From an uncultured virus (IMG/VR IMGVR_UViG_3300005253_000382) (lineage: Duplodnaviria; Heunggongvirae; Uroviricota; Caudoviricetes), in the IMG/VR virus record IMGVR_UViG_3300005253_000382, positions 46,102 through 66,101 of that record: a stretch of DNA of 20,000 nucleotides. One strand, written 5' to 3'. Numbering within the stretch: position 1 is the first letter of the stretch; each line of letters opens with the position of its first letter. Made by a program: the position numbers and the translations under genes. The notes beneath the pieces are model-generated. The model was given only the letters and a program-made list of their open reading frames with translations, was not told the origin of the DNA and did no database searches. Positions 1 to 8,415 of this stretch are shown here, in pieces.

Positions 1-23
1 AAATCCTTAGTCCAGTCTGGCAT
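1..23 (-). CDS. 5' end of the next gene (MPDWTKD...), runs off the window
   Basis: ATG at 23-21 preceded by AAGGA with a 6-nt spacer, just after the stop of 33..1064. Only 7 codons are visible. Confidence 0.45.
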
Positions 24-32
24 TAAAGTTCC

Positions 33-1064
33 TTATGGGACAAGAGTCCCCTCGATAAACCGTTCCCTTCCATCATCGTGCCCTACCCAATGAAGGCGGT
101 TTTGTACTACTGATAGATTGCCTGGTATCAATTGAGTACCACCACCACCTACACCAGAGGTAAAGACCACATTCGCTCCGTAAACAGTCCCCTCAGTATT
201 CGTTGCATACGCTCTCACATAATATTTCTGCCCATCTAGTAAACCAGTGATGCTTGAGGTAAACACCCCTAAACTTCCAGCCCCGTTATCCACATTGTTA
301 TCTCCTGTAACAGGGTCTACAGATGTATTCCAAGCGTGTCCGTGTGCCGTCACTGAGCTTATACCAGTATCATCAATAGCCCCATTCCCCGTTGCGGTGG
401 TGGCTGTGATGACTGTCATAGCCTGAGTGCTTACTTGAAGGGCTGTAGCTATCGTGGTAGAAATCTCAAAGTTCTGAGTCCAGCCACTAGTAGCTTTGGT
501 AGTACCCTGATTGGCTGACATTATCGCATAAATATATCTAAAATCCTTCTTGGATGTGGCGAGTCCCAAAGCAACACTACTAACAATAACAGTCCTTGCT
601 GCATCAGAATATACAACAAGGTAAATCGTGCCAAAAGTTCCCACGCTTTCATCTCTGTAGAATTTTAGATAATAATTTGTGAGATGGGTCAAAGTTATAA
701 CAGTCGCTTCACGCCTTGTTCCACCATCTATTTCTGTTAAAATAGCCCTGAATGAAGCCCCTGCTGCTGCCGGACGGCTAAATCTCACCCCTTGCATGTC
801 TTCACTGTTAATCTCAATCCCCCTAAAATCGTCTACAACATTAGCCAGTGCGCACCACACAAATTGAGCATCAGTCTCAGATAAGATTGTATGCAGATCA
901 AACTCAATTACAAAGTTACCACCAAAGAATGCAGCTCCTTTATCAAAGTAAACATAGGCATCCTCATTCCTTGCCAGACTAGTCCACGTAGCCCTGCTAG
1001 TAGTCACAGCAATCTTGGAATTAGGGTCGGTTTCCGTATAGGTAGTTAAATCTTCAGTTGCCAT
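33..1064 (-). CDS. Putative virion/tail-associated protein with a C-terminal fibronectin type III-like domain
   Basis: 343 aa, Thr/Ser-rich and beta-strand-like. The C-terminal 'FTSSITGLLDGQKYYVRAYATNTEGTVYG' fits the FN3 'L.P.T.YYVRAYATN..G..YG' pattern. Start overlaps the upstream stop (TAATG). Confidence 0.7.
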   Translation of the reverse strand: MATEDLTTYTETDPNSKIAVTTSRATWTSLARNEDAYVYFDKGAAFFGGNFVIEFDLHTILSETDAQFVWCALANVVDDFRGIEINSEDMQGVRFSRPAAAGASFRAILTEIDGGTRREATVITLTHLTNYYLKFYRDESVGTFGTIYLVVYSDAARTVIVSSVALGLATSKKDFRYIYAIMSANQGTTKATSGWTQNFEISTTIATALQVSTQAMTVITATTATGNGAIDDTGISSVTAHGHAWNTSVDPVTGDNNVDNGAGSLGVFTSSITGLLDGQKYYVRAYATNTEGTVYGANVVFTSGVGGGGTQLIPGNLSVVQNRLHWVGHDDGRERFIEGTLVP

Positions 1065-1301
1065 TACCCACTAAGCCCCACTACCTTACTTCCTACATTA
1101 CCTTCAGGAAAGGTATAAACGTCATACAATTCTCCTCGTTGCCTTATCTCTGTAATATAGCCTAGTTTTTCGTACTCAGTAGCACACCTTTTGGCTAGAA
1201 ATTCTGCGGTTCTACCCTTTGGCTGTATACTGTTATCATATGTGGCTAACCAATACATCATCCTTATGCTCCTTATACGTAGTAAAATCTTCTATTGCCA
1301 T
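1033..1301 (-). repeat. Imperfect 32-bp direct repeat (1033-1064 and 1270-1301) flanking the 65-aa gene
   Basis: Minus strand ATGGCAACTGAAGATTTAACTACCTATACGGA vs ATGGCAATAGAAGATTTTACTACGTATAAGGA, 27/32 identical by eye; encode MATEDLTTY vs MAIEDFTTY. Confidence 0.85.
1064..1261 (-). CDS. Small hypothetical protein (65 aa), probably an inserted accessory gene
   Basis: ORF track; AAGGAG upstream; TAATG coupling to 33..1064; flanked by an imperfect duplication of the downstream gene start. Confidence 0.6.
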   Translation of the reverse strand: MMYWLATYDNSIQPKGRTAEFLAKRCATEYEKLGYITEIRQRGELYDVYTFPEGNVGSKVVGLSG

Positions 1302-1305
1302 AATA

Positions 1306-2670
1306 TCACTCGTGGGGTATCTCTAAAGCATCTGTTACAGTTAATCTCCTGAAATAAGCATCTTCTATCTGTGCGTTCAGAAATTCTATTATTCCCGTCT
1401 GGGTACTATCTAAATTAAAAATAGCAAAAGTAATTGAAGTAACAGCTTCTATGAGGTTAGCAATATTTGTGTCTCCTCCACCTACTCGTCCTACTCCCCC
1501 ACCAGATGTACCTACCAAGATAGGACTTGGCAGAATAGCCGACTTCCCAAACCTTATGTCCATATCAAAAACAAGCTGGCCGCCACGTCCAGGCACTTGA
1601 ACATTCCTTTTAAGGTATCTAACATTACCAGTCCTCGTATCGTTCTGGCGTGAGTCCGTAACCTTAATGAAATCCCACACCTCCTGTCCTACGTTCATTG
1701 GAACCTTCACCGCCCCAACCTCACTATCCAGCTCATAGGTTTCTATAATAGCCGGAGCAATAGAGGCTGCTATACCCGTAGAAGTCAATCTTAAATAAGT
1801 AGTATGGGTCTGAGGGAACAACGCAAAACTGGTAGCACTGGTAGCACTAGCCGTAAATTGAGGGGTATGTGAAGGGTGAGAGGAGACCACTTCTTTATTA
1901 GGATTAACAAACCTGTTGATAAGCTCCTTATTAAACAAGGTATGCTCTCCCGATACAGCCAGTTTATATTCATAATCGAATACAGCCCCTGAAATAACAG
2001 GGTCGAAGAAGTGTAACGCCTCATCATCTTCAACCCTCATCTTCTCCCCAGTCCACGACAACAATCTTTTAACCCTACTCAAACGGGAAGAGTTTAACGG
2101 CACCCTGAAAGCCTCTTTGGGTAGAAGGCCGTCTACTACCCCATCCAGACTATCAAATGTTGTCGTGAAATTGGTGTAATTAGTGTATGGAGCTAAGGTT
2201 GCATTAGCTACCGCACTGATTAAGGTCTGAACAGTTCGTGCATCCCCCTCAGTTAAAGTTAGTTCCGATTCAGCAAGGTCTAACCCTAACAAATTAGGGA
2301 CACCGATTAAATTTAACTGGCACACCAGAATCCCTTGAGCAGAGAAGAAGCGCTGGTTCTTGACAAATACAGGGGCAGTAGGGGAGTATTCATCTCCCTG
2401 AGTAGGGTCATTATACCCATACGAAATAACACCCCTGTATCTCTCAAAGTCTATCGTAGTAAGAACGCCATCGGAGTTATCCAGTAAAACAGTAGCTATT
2501 CCATTGTCTTCTGTTTCTGTATGACTGATTGAAAGGATACGTGTTTTGGTGTAGGTCTGTGTAGACTGTCCCGCCCTTGAAAGCGTAATTTTCCAAATAG
2601 GGTTTTGGGGTAGCCCATCTACCCCAACGGAAGCCTGATTACTCGTAAGTGTTGCACTTAAAGTACGAAT
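1306..2670 (-). CDS. Putative tail/baseplate-like virion protein of ~454 aa, probably starting at ATT 2670 rather than GTG 2325
   Basis: Manual translation shows the frame open from 2325 up to the previous gene's TAA at 2677-2679, reading (I/M)RTLSATLTSNQASVGVDGLPQNPIWKITLSRAGQSTQTYTKTRILSISHTETED... GAGGGGGT lies 8 nt upstream of the ATT, and there is no in-frame ATG/GTG/TTG in the extension. Function is inferred from position and composition. Confidence 0.7.
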   Translation of the reverse strand: MRTLSATLTSNQASVGVDGLPQNPIWKITLSRAGQSTQTYTKTRILSISHTETEDNGIATVLLDNSDGVLTTIDFERYRGVISYGYNDPTQGDEYSPTAPVFVKNQRFFSAQGILVCQLNLIGVPNLLGLDLAESELTLTEGDARTVQTLISAVANATLAPYTNYTNFTTTFDSLDGVVDGLLPKEAFRVPLNSSRLSRVKRLLSWTGEKMRVEDDEALHFFDPVISGAVFDYEYKLAVSGEHTLFNKELINRFVNPNKEVVSSHPSHTPQFTASATSATSFALFPQTHTTYLRLTSTGIAASIAPAIIETYELDSEVGAVKVPMNVGQEVWDFIKVTDSRQNDTRTGNVRYLKRNVQVPGRGGQLVFDMDIRFGKSAILPSPILVGTSGGGVGRVGGGDTNIANLIEAVTSITFAIFNLDSTQTGIIEFLNAQIEDAYFRRLTVTDALEIPHE

Positions 2671-2676
2671 TTTAGA

Positions 2677-3732
2677 TTACCCCCTCGTATACAACCTCTT
2701 GCTTCTCGGTTTGCTGCCACCTAGTTCATTGATAACTTCGTTATATAGTTCTCTCTTCCATCCCATATAATCAGCCCAAGTCCCGGGCCCGCCTATGTTA
2801 ATAGTGTTTATGAAACTTCTGGAATCACTCATTGCAGCCCTGGCAGCCACAAGGCGTCCAAATATTTCCTCATCCTGATCCCTTAAAGTGTTCTTCCTGA
2901 ATGTTAAAACCTCAGCCGTATTTGAGGCGTCACTGTCTAATCCCGGGAAGAAACTAATGGTAGCTGTATTACTGGCTATCGTGGTGGCAGTAGTTACAGT
3001 ATAAACGAACCTCTGATTTTCAAGATGAAACTCCTCCCCTATCTCAATCGTACCGGCTCCCATTGTTGCTGATGCCAGGGAAGTAGCCCCTGCTGTTGTA
3101 GTAGTTGCCACCTGCCCCGTTAAACCAACCAACTGTGAGATTTTGTGGGCGACTGCAAACCTGACTAAAACATCTACATCAGGTAATCGGTCGAGCGTAG
3201 AATCACTGTCAGGTATCTGGTCTACCATTATCTCAATAACGTCATCCAATTCCTTCCAGTTCCTCTTTTCACCTACGGGATATTCTACGGAATCAATCCA
3301 CATATAGGGCATAAAATCCCCTATGAATATCTGCCTGTTATTGGTACACCTTTTATTATAGATTCGATAGGCTTCATTGGCACTAAAAATATCCTTGCTA
3401 ATTGAGAATATGGAGGTTGAATCCTGAGCTAGAACCACAGCGTAAGTGTTTTGGCTAAGATTATGCACTACCTTTTCGTCAGTGGCATCCCCCGCTAAGA
3501 ATTGAGCCTTCACAGAGTCGGTTAATTTATCGGTTGTACCGGTGACATCATCCCCAAACCTTGACTCCAATTTGAAGATAACATCCACTAGATGAGGACG
3601 ATAAGTAGAGAACTTCTTTAACCCTTCTTCAATCCAGTAATCCCATTCCACTGTTCCAGCAACAGCATTACCAGTATCCTGATATATCTGCTCAACGAGA
3701 TTACGGAATTCAGAATATGTTCGACTTCCCAT
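2677..3732 (-). CDS. Putative virion structural protein (head-tail adaptor-like, with an inserted Thr/Ala-rich beta domain)
   Basis: 351 aa; SD GAGGTG. Helical N-terminus 'YSEFRNLVEQIYQD...WDYWIEEGLKKFSTYRP' and helical C-terminus resemble adaptor proteins. The call relies on context. Confidence 0.5.
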   Translation of the reverse strand: MGSRTYSEFRNLVEQIYQDTGNAVAGTVEWDYWIEEGLKKFSTYRPHLVDVIFKLESRFGDDVTGTTDKLTDSVKAQFLAGDATDEKVVHNLSQNTYAVVLAQDSTSIFSISKDIFSANEAYRIYNKRCTNNRQIFIGDFMPYMWIDSVEYPVGEKRNWKELDDVIEIMVDQIPDSDSTLDRLPDVDVLVRFAVAHKISQLVGLTGQVATTTTAGATSLASATMGAGTIEIGEEFHLENQRFVYTVTTATTIASNTATISFFPGLDSDASNTAEVLTFRKNTLRDQDEEIFGRLVAARAAMSDSRSFINTINIGGPGTWADYMGWKRELYNEVINELGGSKPRSKRLYTRG

Positions 3733-3735
3733 CTG

Positions 3736-3783
3736 TCACCTCTTCTTTGCCGATTTCAATGTTTTCTTTATATGTTTTGGCAT
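3736..3783 (-). CDS. 15-aa basic micropeptide MPKHIKKTLKSAKKR
   Basis: Manual translation; ATG overlaps the previous stop (TAATG); GAGGA upstream; fills the gap to the next gene's SD. Confidence 0.4.
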   Translation of the reverse strand: MPKHIKKTLKSAKKR

Positions 3784-3908
3784 TATTTCTTCCTCGTAAA
3801 TTCCTTTAGTTTCTTCTCGGATAACCCTGTCTTGGTTTTCTTCCCTGCCCTCCGCCTTGAAAGCTCGGCTCCAAAGAACCTTCTCTGCTTTGTACTCTTA
3901 GCTGGCAT
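3783..3908 (-). CDS. 41-aa Lys/Arg-rich protein MPAKSTKQRRFFGAELSRRRAGKKTKTGLSEKKLKEFTRKK, resembling DUF3008-like small basic proteins
   Basis: Manual translation, below the ORF-track cutoff; SD GAGGTGA; overlaps the end of the E1-beta-like gene. 'MPAKS..Q....GA.LS.R.G' recalls DUF3008 from memory. Confidence 0.75.
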   Translation of the reverse strand: MPAKSTKQRRFFGAELSRRRAGKKTKTGLSEKKLKEFTRKK

Positions 3909-4413
3909 TACTCACCTCAATCAATAAACTACTCCTGTCACTATTCAAGGCACACTTATAACTCTCAACAACATCCTCAGCCTTGTCTAGTTTAATGACA
4001 TCCACGTTCTTTAATATGTCCCTGAAGCCTGAAGTGTAATCAGAGCAATGCTGTATCCCGGGATATAAAGGTTCGGTTGCTCCTACTGCTGTACGTATGA
4101 TTACTTTAGGATTGAACTCTCCATTGCTCATTTCACTTATCTTGTCCAGATGATTGACTAGCTGGTTCATTGCCAGGATTAAGAAATCAAATCTCGGATA
4201 AATGCTAATCGGGATATACCCCTCTAAAGATAACCCGATACTCATACCTAATTGGGTATCTTCCATAATTCCAACCTCTAATCTCTTGTCCATTGGTACA
4301 CCTTTTAACGTGTCATACATACCACTCCCCGAATACTCCACTGTCTGCCCTAAGAATATCGTTCTGGGGTCACTCCCTAAAAGGGTCATTGCTTTTGTCA
4401 GTTCTTCATACAT
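3898..4413 (-). CDS. ThDP enzyme, transketolase/2-oxoacid dehydrogenase E1 beta-like, pyrimidine-binding domain only
   Basis: 'IFLGQTV', 'EVGIMEDTQLGMSIGLSLEGYIPISIYPRFDFLILAMNQLVNH', 'PGIQH'. Start most likely ATG 4413 (TGATG coupling with the alpha gene), 171 aa; no C-terminal domain. Confidence 0.85.
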   Translation of the reverse strand: MYEELTKAMTLLGSDPRTIFLGQTVEYSGSGMYDTLKGVPMDKRLEVGIMEDTQLGMSIGLSLEGYIPISIYPRFDFLILAMNQLVNHLDKISEMSNGEFNPKVIIRTAVGATEPLYPGIQHCSDYTSGFRDILKNVDVIKLDKAEDVVESYKCALNSDRSSLLIEVSNAS

Positions 4414-4964
4414 CAAAAATTCACCCACTGCCCGCATCCGTGATGAGGAAAGCCCCTTTCATAGCTATATCTCCATACATCCTTTGTTGGAGTATTCACA
4501 CTAAAACCGTTATCTTCCACCACAAATTTAATCGGTAACTCGTGTCCGTTAGCATACTTAACGCATTCGTGAAAAACCCCTGTCTCAGCCCCCATATCAC
4601 CGATGAATACCCATACCTTATTAGGAGCATTCCGCCTCTTTAGTCCCAATGCCACACCAAGGGCTATCGGTAAACACCCCCCCACAATAGAAGAAGTGAA
4701 AAACTTATGCTCTTTACTATTGATGTGCATTGACCTGTTATCCAGTATCTCAGCCCGTAACCATTCCACACCCATCCCCTTTAATAAGGCGTGGTAATGA
4801 CTCCTATGAGTGGAGAATACCCAATCATCAGGGTGAATATTCCTGAATATGCTAATCAACTGCTCCTCATTCCCCTTACTCAAATGCACCGGCGAATGTA
4901 TCTTCCCACCAATGTAGGCAGTTTTAATCCCTTCCTCAAAGTCTATTAAGGTCTTGGTGTCCAC
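4413..4964 (-). CDS. ThDP enzyme, 2-oxoacid dehydrogenase E1 alpha-like subunit (shortened)
   Basis: 'HLSKGNE', 'DWVFSTHRSHYHALLKG', 'SSIVGG' and the ThDP-binding motif 'GDMGAETGVFHE...FVVEDN'; 183 aa. Confidence 0.88.
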   Translation of the reverse strand: MDTKTLIDFEEGIKTAYIGGKIHSPVHLSKGNEEQLISIFRNIHPDDWVFSTHRSHYHALLKGMGVEWLRAEILDNRSMHINSKEHKFFTSSIVGGCLPIALGVALGLKRRNAPNKVWVFIGDMGAETGVFHECVKYANGHELPIKFVVEDNGFSVNTPTKDVWRYSYERGFPHHGCGQWVNF

Positions 4965-6166
4965 TCTAGCATCTCCTGTATCTGGATTACTGCTTGCTTC
5001 CCATACTTCTTCTGTATCATTTTCAGGTAATCTTCCCTTGAGAAGTATTCCTGAAAAGCCCTGTCTCTGAACTCCAACACTTCCTTAGAAGTCAAATACT
5101 TGGTCGGTAAGGGCTTCAGGTTAGGAGAATACTGGTCGTAATCCTCCCATTTATCAGGTAAATCCTCTTTAGGGGTGTCTTCGTACAATTGAGAGCCTGG
5201 ATAAGCCATCGCACAGTAGAAATTAACATACTCACACTTTAATTCCTCAGCGAAGTCTAAAGTCTCCCTCATTGATTTAAGGTCGTCATCAGGCAGGCCA
5301 AATATGAAGTTCCCCAGAACACTTATACCCGCCTCTTTGGTCATCTCAGTGGCTCTCATCATATCTTCCGTACTTTGTTTCTTACCTATACCTTTGAGAA
5401 CATCCTCGTTAGCTGATTCAAAACCATAAGCCAGCCAGTTTATGCCGACTTGCTTCATTCTTTTTAACATCTCAGGTTGTACCAAACCTACCTTAGCATA
5501 CGCCCACACATTCAGATTCTTCCCTTCCAAAACATCACATATCTGGTAGACGTGACTTGGGCTTATTGTAAACAACTCATCGGCTATCTTCAGGTTCTTA
5601 ACTCCTTTAGAAACCAGATAATCTATCTCCTCACCTACATCTTGTGGCTCCCTGTAAGTTACCCCCTTATATAGCGTGTGGATGTTACAATAAGAGCAAC
5701 TAAAAGGACACCCGAATGACGTATAAATAACTCCGTAATTACTCCTGTCACTCCCATTCAGACAGTGCCAATTGTGAGCTTTATATTTAGAGAAGTCTAT
5801 TAAGTCCCAACGAGGGACAAGCTCACACAATTGCTCAGGAGAAGGTATTGGCATACAATAGCCTTTTTGAGTTACAGCTTGATGATGCAGTCCCATTATC
5901 TTTGGGGTTTTTATAAGCCTATAATAAAGTTCACCCACTATTCCCATCTTAGGCGTAGAAGACGCTGAAGGATTTGCTCCCATTGCTACAAGAACTGACT
6001 TCTCCTTTCCTATCTGAGCTACTGTTTCCCACGATGACCATCCCTCAACCTCAGCATCGAGTATTTTATCAGCCTTCAAATAACCCGCTAGATAAGCACA
6101 CCATATCGGAGGCTCTATCGCTGATTGAGGCGAAGGATTCCTATGATTTGGATTAACGATAATCAC
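4946..6166 (-). CDS. Radical SAM protein with a (shortened) B12-binding-type N-terminal domain
   Basis: 'TSFGCPFSCSYC' CxxxCxxC, 'IADELFT', 'YGFESAN', 'GNFIFGLPDD', 'AYPGSQLY' are typical of class B (cobalamin-dependent) radical SAM enzymes. GTG start with AGGAG. Confidence 0.88.
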   Translation of the reverse strand: MIIVNPNHRNPSPQSAIEPPIWCAYLAGYLKADKILDAEVEGWSSWETVAQIGKEKSVLVAMGANPSASSTPKMGIVGELYYRLIKTPKIMGLHHQAVTQKGYCMPIPSPEQLCELVPRWDLIDFSKYKAHNWHCLNGSDRSNYGVIYTSFGCPFSCSYCNIHTLYKGVTYREPQDVGEEIDYLVSKGVKNLKIADELFTISPSHVYQICDVLEGKNLNVWAYAKVGLVQPEMLKRMKQVGINWLAYGFESANEDVLKGIGKKQSTEDMMRATEMTKEAGISVLGNFIFGLPDDDLKSMRETLDFAEELKCEYVNFYCAMAYPGSQLYEDTPKEDLPDKWEDYDQYSPNLKPLPTKYLTSKEVLEFRDRAFQEYFSREDYLKMIQKKYGKQAVIQIQEMLEWTPRP

Positions 6167-6251
6167 GTAATGCTCCTGCGGGGAAGGCTGCTACTAAATG
6201 TAACCTATTAGCCTTACCAATGTCAGTTCCGATTGCTTCTCTATATGCCAT
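6153..6251 (-). CDS. 32-aa micropeptide MAYREAIGTDIGKANRLHLVAAFPAGALRDYR
   Basis: Manual translation; strong SD GGAGGT before ATG 6251; spans the gap between the cupin and radical SAM genes and overlaps both. Confidence 0.55.
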   Translation of the reverse strand: MAYREAIGTDIGKANRLHLVAAFPAGALRDYR

Positions 6252-6576
6252 TTGTACCTCCATTTGTAGAACCTGAAAGACGAATAACATCATCCTCCCT
6301 GTGAGGTGTACTTACTTCTAAAATAACCGCATCTGAAATCCCAAAGAACTTATGTGGAGTATTAGGGTTAATGGTATAAGGCTCTTCCAAAAGAAACTCA
6401 TCACCATCGATTGTCAAACTAACCTCACCCTCTAAGCAATAAAAGGTCTCCTGTTTCTCAGGATGATAGTGATAGGAACAATTAGCACCTGCATCCAGGT
6501 AGAGCAATTTACCGCAATATTTATCGTTGTTCACTACCCAGATCTCCTTCCCCCAGTTCTTCTTGACCTCAATCAC
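6241..6576 (-). CDS. Cupin-domain protein (mannose-6-phosphate isomerase type II / D-lyxose isomerase-like)
   Basis: 'KNWGKEIW...YCGKLL', cupin metal motifs 'SYHYHPEKQETFYCLEG' and 'PNTPHKF', 'LEVST'. Confidence 0.85.
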   Translation of the reverse strand: MIEVKKNWGKEIWVVNNDKYCGKLLYLDAGANCSYHYHPEKQETFYCLEGEVSLTIDGDEFLLEEPYTINPNTPHKFFGISDAVILEVSTPHREDDVIRLSGSTNGGTNGI

Positions 6577-7369
6577 AATAAATTACCTTTGCCCCGTCAG
6601 TATCAAACTTAAACTCCACCTGTTTTATCTTCAATGCCTGCCCGACATTATCCTGCTTGTCCGGCTCAACCACAAAGACTATAAACCCTCCACCTCCAGC
6701 CCCTAAAAGTTTCCCTCCTATCGCACCGGCTTTGAGAGCTTTATCATAAATGGTATCCGTGAGGGGAGAGGAAACATCATCAGCCAGTTTCTTCTTGAGT
6801 TGCCATGACATATCAAGTGCTGCCCCAAACTCTGAGGGGGTGTTGTAGTCATTCAATGCCACCTCCTTTAACTGATGAAGTATATCCTGATTCTCATCCA
6901 CTCTTTCAAGCTGATGCTCCACTATCTTCCCAGCACTCCTATATTGTCCTGTATCAAACAACATTAAGTAAGGCTCAAGCCATCTGTAATCTACTTCCTC
7001 ATCTACTATCCCGGAAGCATAAAACCTTAATCTGCGAAACCCACCCATAGCACAAATATACTGATCTTGATAACCAACATGACCATCCAGTTTATCCCTC
7101 TCCCATATCGTAGCGAGACCTGCTATCTCCTCATTACTCTTATCCGTGCAAGCCTTCAGTAACCCTACCGTAAAAGCCGAACTCGTTGCCATACCACTTC
7201 TCACAGGTAAATCAGAATGCGACCACATCTTCCCGCTATCTACTCCTACATAACAATACTTATTTATCGAGGTGGCTAGAACTACTCCCCCGTGTTCGTT
7301 AAAATATTCAGGGTAATCCGTCCCTCCTCCAAAAAAGGATATTCTAAATGGTGTCCTGCTTATAATCAT
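6569..7369 (-). CDS. hddA: GHMP sugar kinase, D-glycero-D-manno-heptose 7-phosphate kinase (HddA)-like, internally shortened
   Basis: 'MIISRTPFRISFFGGGTDYP', 'INKY', 'GYQDQY', 'GAIGGKLLGAGGGGF' are HddA-family hallmarks. P-loop variant 'DLPVRSGMATSSAF'; 266 aa. Confidence 0.85.
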   Translation of the reverse strand: MIISRTPFRISFFGGGTDYPEYFNEHGGVVLATSINKYCYVGVDSGKMWSHSDLPVRSGMATSSAFTVGLLKACTDKSNEEIAGLATIWERDKLDGHVGYQDQYICAMGGFRRLRFYASGIVDEEVDYRWLEPYLMLFDTGQYRSAGKIVEHQLERVDENQDILHQLKEVALNDYNTPSEFGAALDMSWQLKKKLADDVSSPLTDTIYDKALKAGAIGGKLLGAGGGGFIVFVVEPDKQDNVGQALKIKQVEFKFDTDGAKVIYCD

Positions 7370-8415
7370 GGGAAGCTAACGCACATACTATCGCTCTCAA
7401 TTGCAGTGACCTGTTTATTGTATTCACTCCACGTACACCTGGCACACTCTACAGCAGGGTCAATATCTTTAAGCAATGCCCTGTGTTCATTGGAACCCCA
7501 CTCTTTAATCTCAAACCTTTCCTCCATCCTGTGGTCAACACAAACGTACATCTTCTTATCACTGCATATCTGCACTACTAAAGGTGAAGCCAGGCATTTA
7601 TTGAAGTCATGCTTAACGTGAAACTCATTATCATATTTATGCGTTACCGTGTGTACATGGAAATCCTCCCCTTCCAACTCATGCAATTGACTAAACACAT
7701 AATGCACCTTCTCCATATCCAGTTCAGCCCTTTCCCCGGTAAAGTCTTTTCTCTCTAAATCTACAGGTCGAACATGAAAGTCCTGAACACCTAATTCTTT
7801 AGCAACCTTACCGGTATAAAGTAACGTGTCTATAGTCTCAGGCAGAACCAATGCCTTAATGCAAATATCAGTTCTCTGTCTATGGAGTGCCAACCACTTT
7901 ATATTATCTAACACCTTCAAGCAGTCATCACTACCCCTTACCTTCCTGTAGACCTCAGGGTCCGCACTGTCCAATGAAATCCCGACCCACCTGCAAAGCT
8001 GTAACTCATTACGTACATCCGAATCCATGAGTACCCCATTGGTAATTATCGAACACTCCATTCCGAGATTAACACCATAAGCAGTCATCCCTTTTATGTT
8101 CTCATTCAAGAGAGCTTCACCACCACCACCCCAGCAGAAGGCTTTAACCCCCCATTCAGAAAGATAATTAAGAGTGTCTTTAATGTATTCTCCATCCCAC
8201 TTAAACTTAGCCGGTAAATATCGCTGAGAATTACAGTAATAACAATTCTGATTACAAGCGCTTATAGGGTCAAGGGAAGCCTCAATCGGTGCAGGAAGTT
8301 CCCCACCATCAAGCCATGCCACTATCTTTTTGTAATGCTCGTAGTACGTTAATCCTTTGTACGAGTTAAAACTTGAGTATTTATTAGCGTCAGACCACTC
8401 TTTTATCTTTTCCAT
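7366..8415 (-). CDS. Radical SAM protein with a SPASM/twitch-like C-terminal Fe-S domain
   Basis: 'CNQNCYYC', 'GGGGEALL', 'IITNG', 'ISLDS'; C-terminal cysteines 'KCLASP...YVCVDHR...ECARC'. Confidence 0.88.
   Translation of the reverse strand: MEKIKEWSDANKYSSFNSYKGLTYYEHYKKIVAWLDGGELPAPIEASLDPISACNQNCYYCNSQRYLPAKFKWDGEYIKDTLNYLSEWGVKAFCWGGGGEALLNENIKGMTAYGVNLGMECSIITNGVLMDSDVRNELQLCRWVGISLDSADPEVYRKVRGSDDCLKVLDNIKWLALHRQRTDICIKALVLPETIDTLLYTGKVAKELGVQDFHVRPVDLERKDFTGERAELDMEKVHYVFSQLHELEGEDFHVHTVTHKYDNEFHVKHDFNKCLASPLVVQICSDKKMYVCVDHRMEERFEIKEWGSNEHRALLKDIDPAVECARCTWSEYNKQVTAIESDSMCVSFP

Noticed and set aside
1828..1848. 9-bp tandem repeat (actggtagc) in the tail-like gene
   Set aside because: Only about two copies encoding SATSATS; ordinary low-complexity coding sequence.
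3898..4964. Pyruvate dehydrogenase (pdhA/pdhB) auxiliary metabolic genes
   Set aside because: Both subunits are about half length, E2/E3 are absent and the neighbours are sugar enzymes, so no symbols were assigned.
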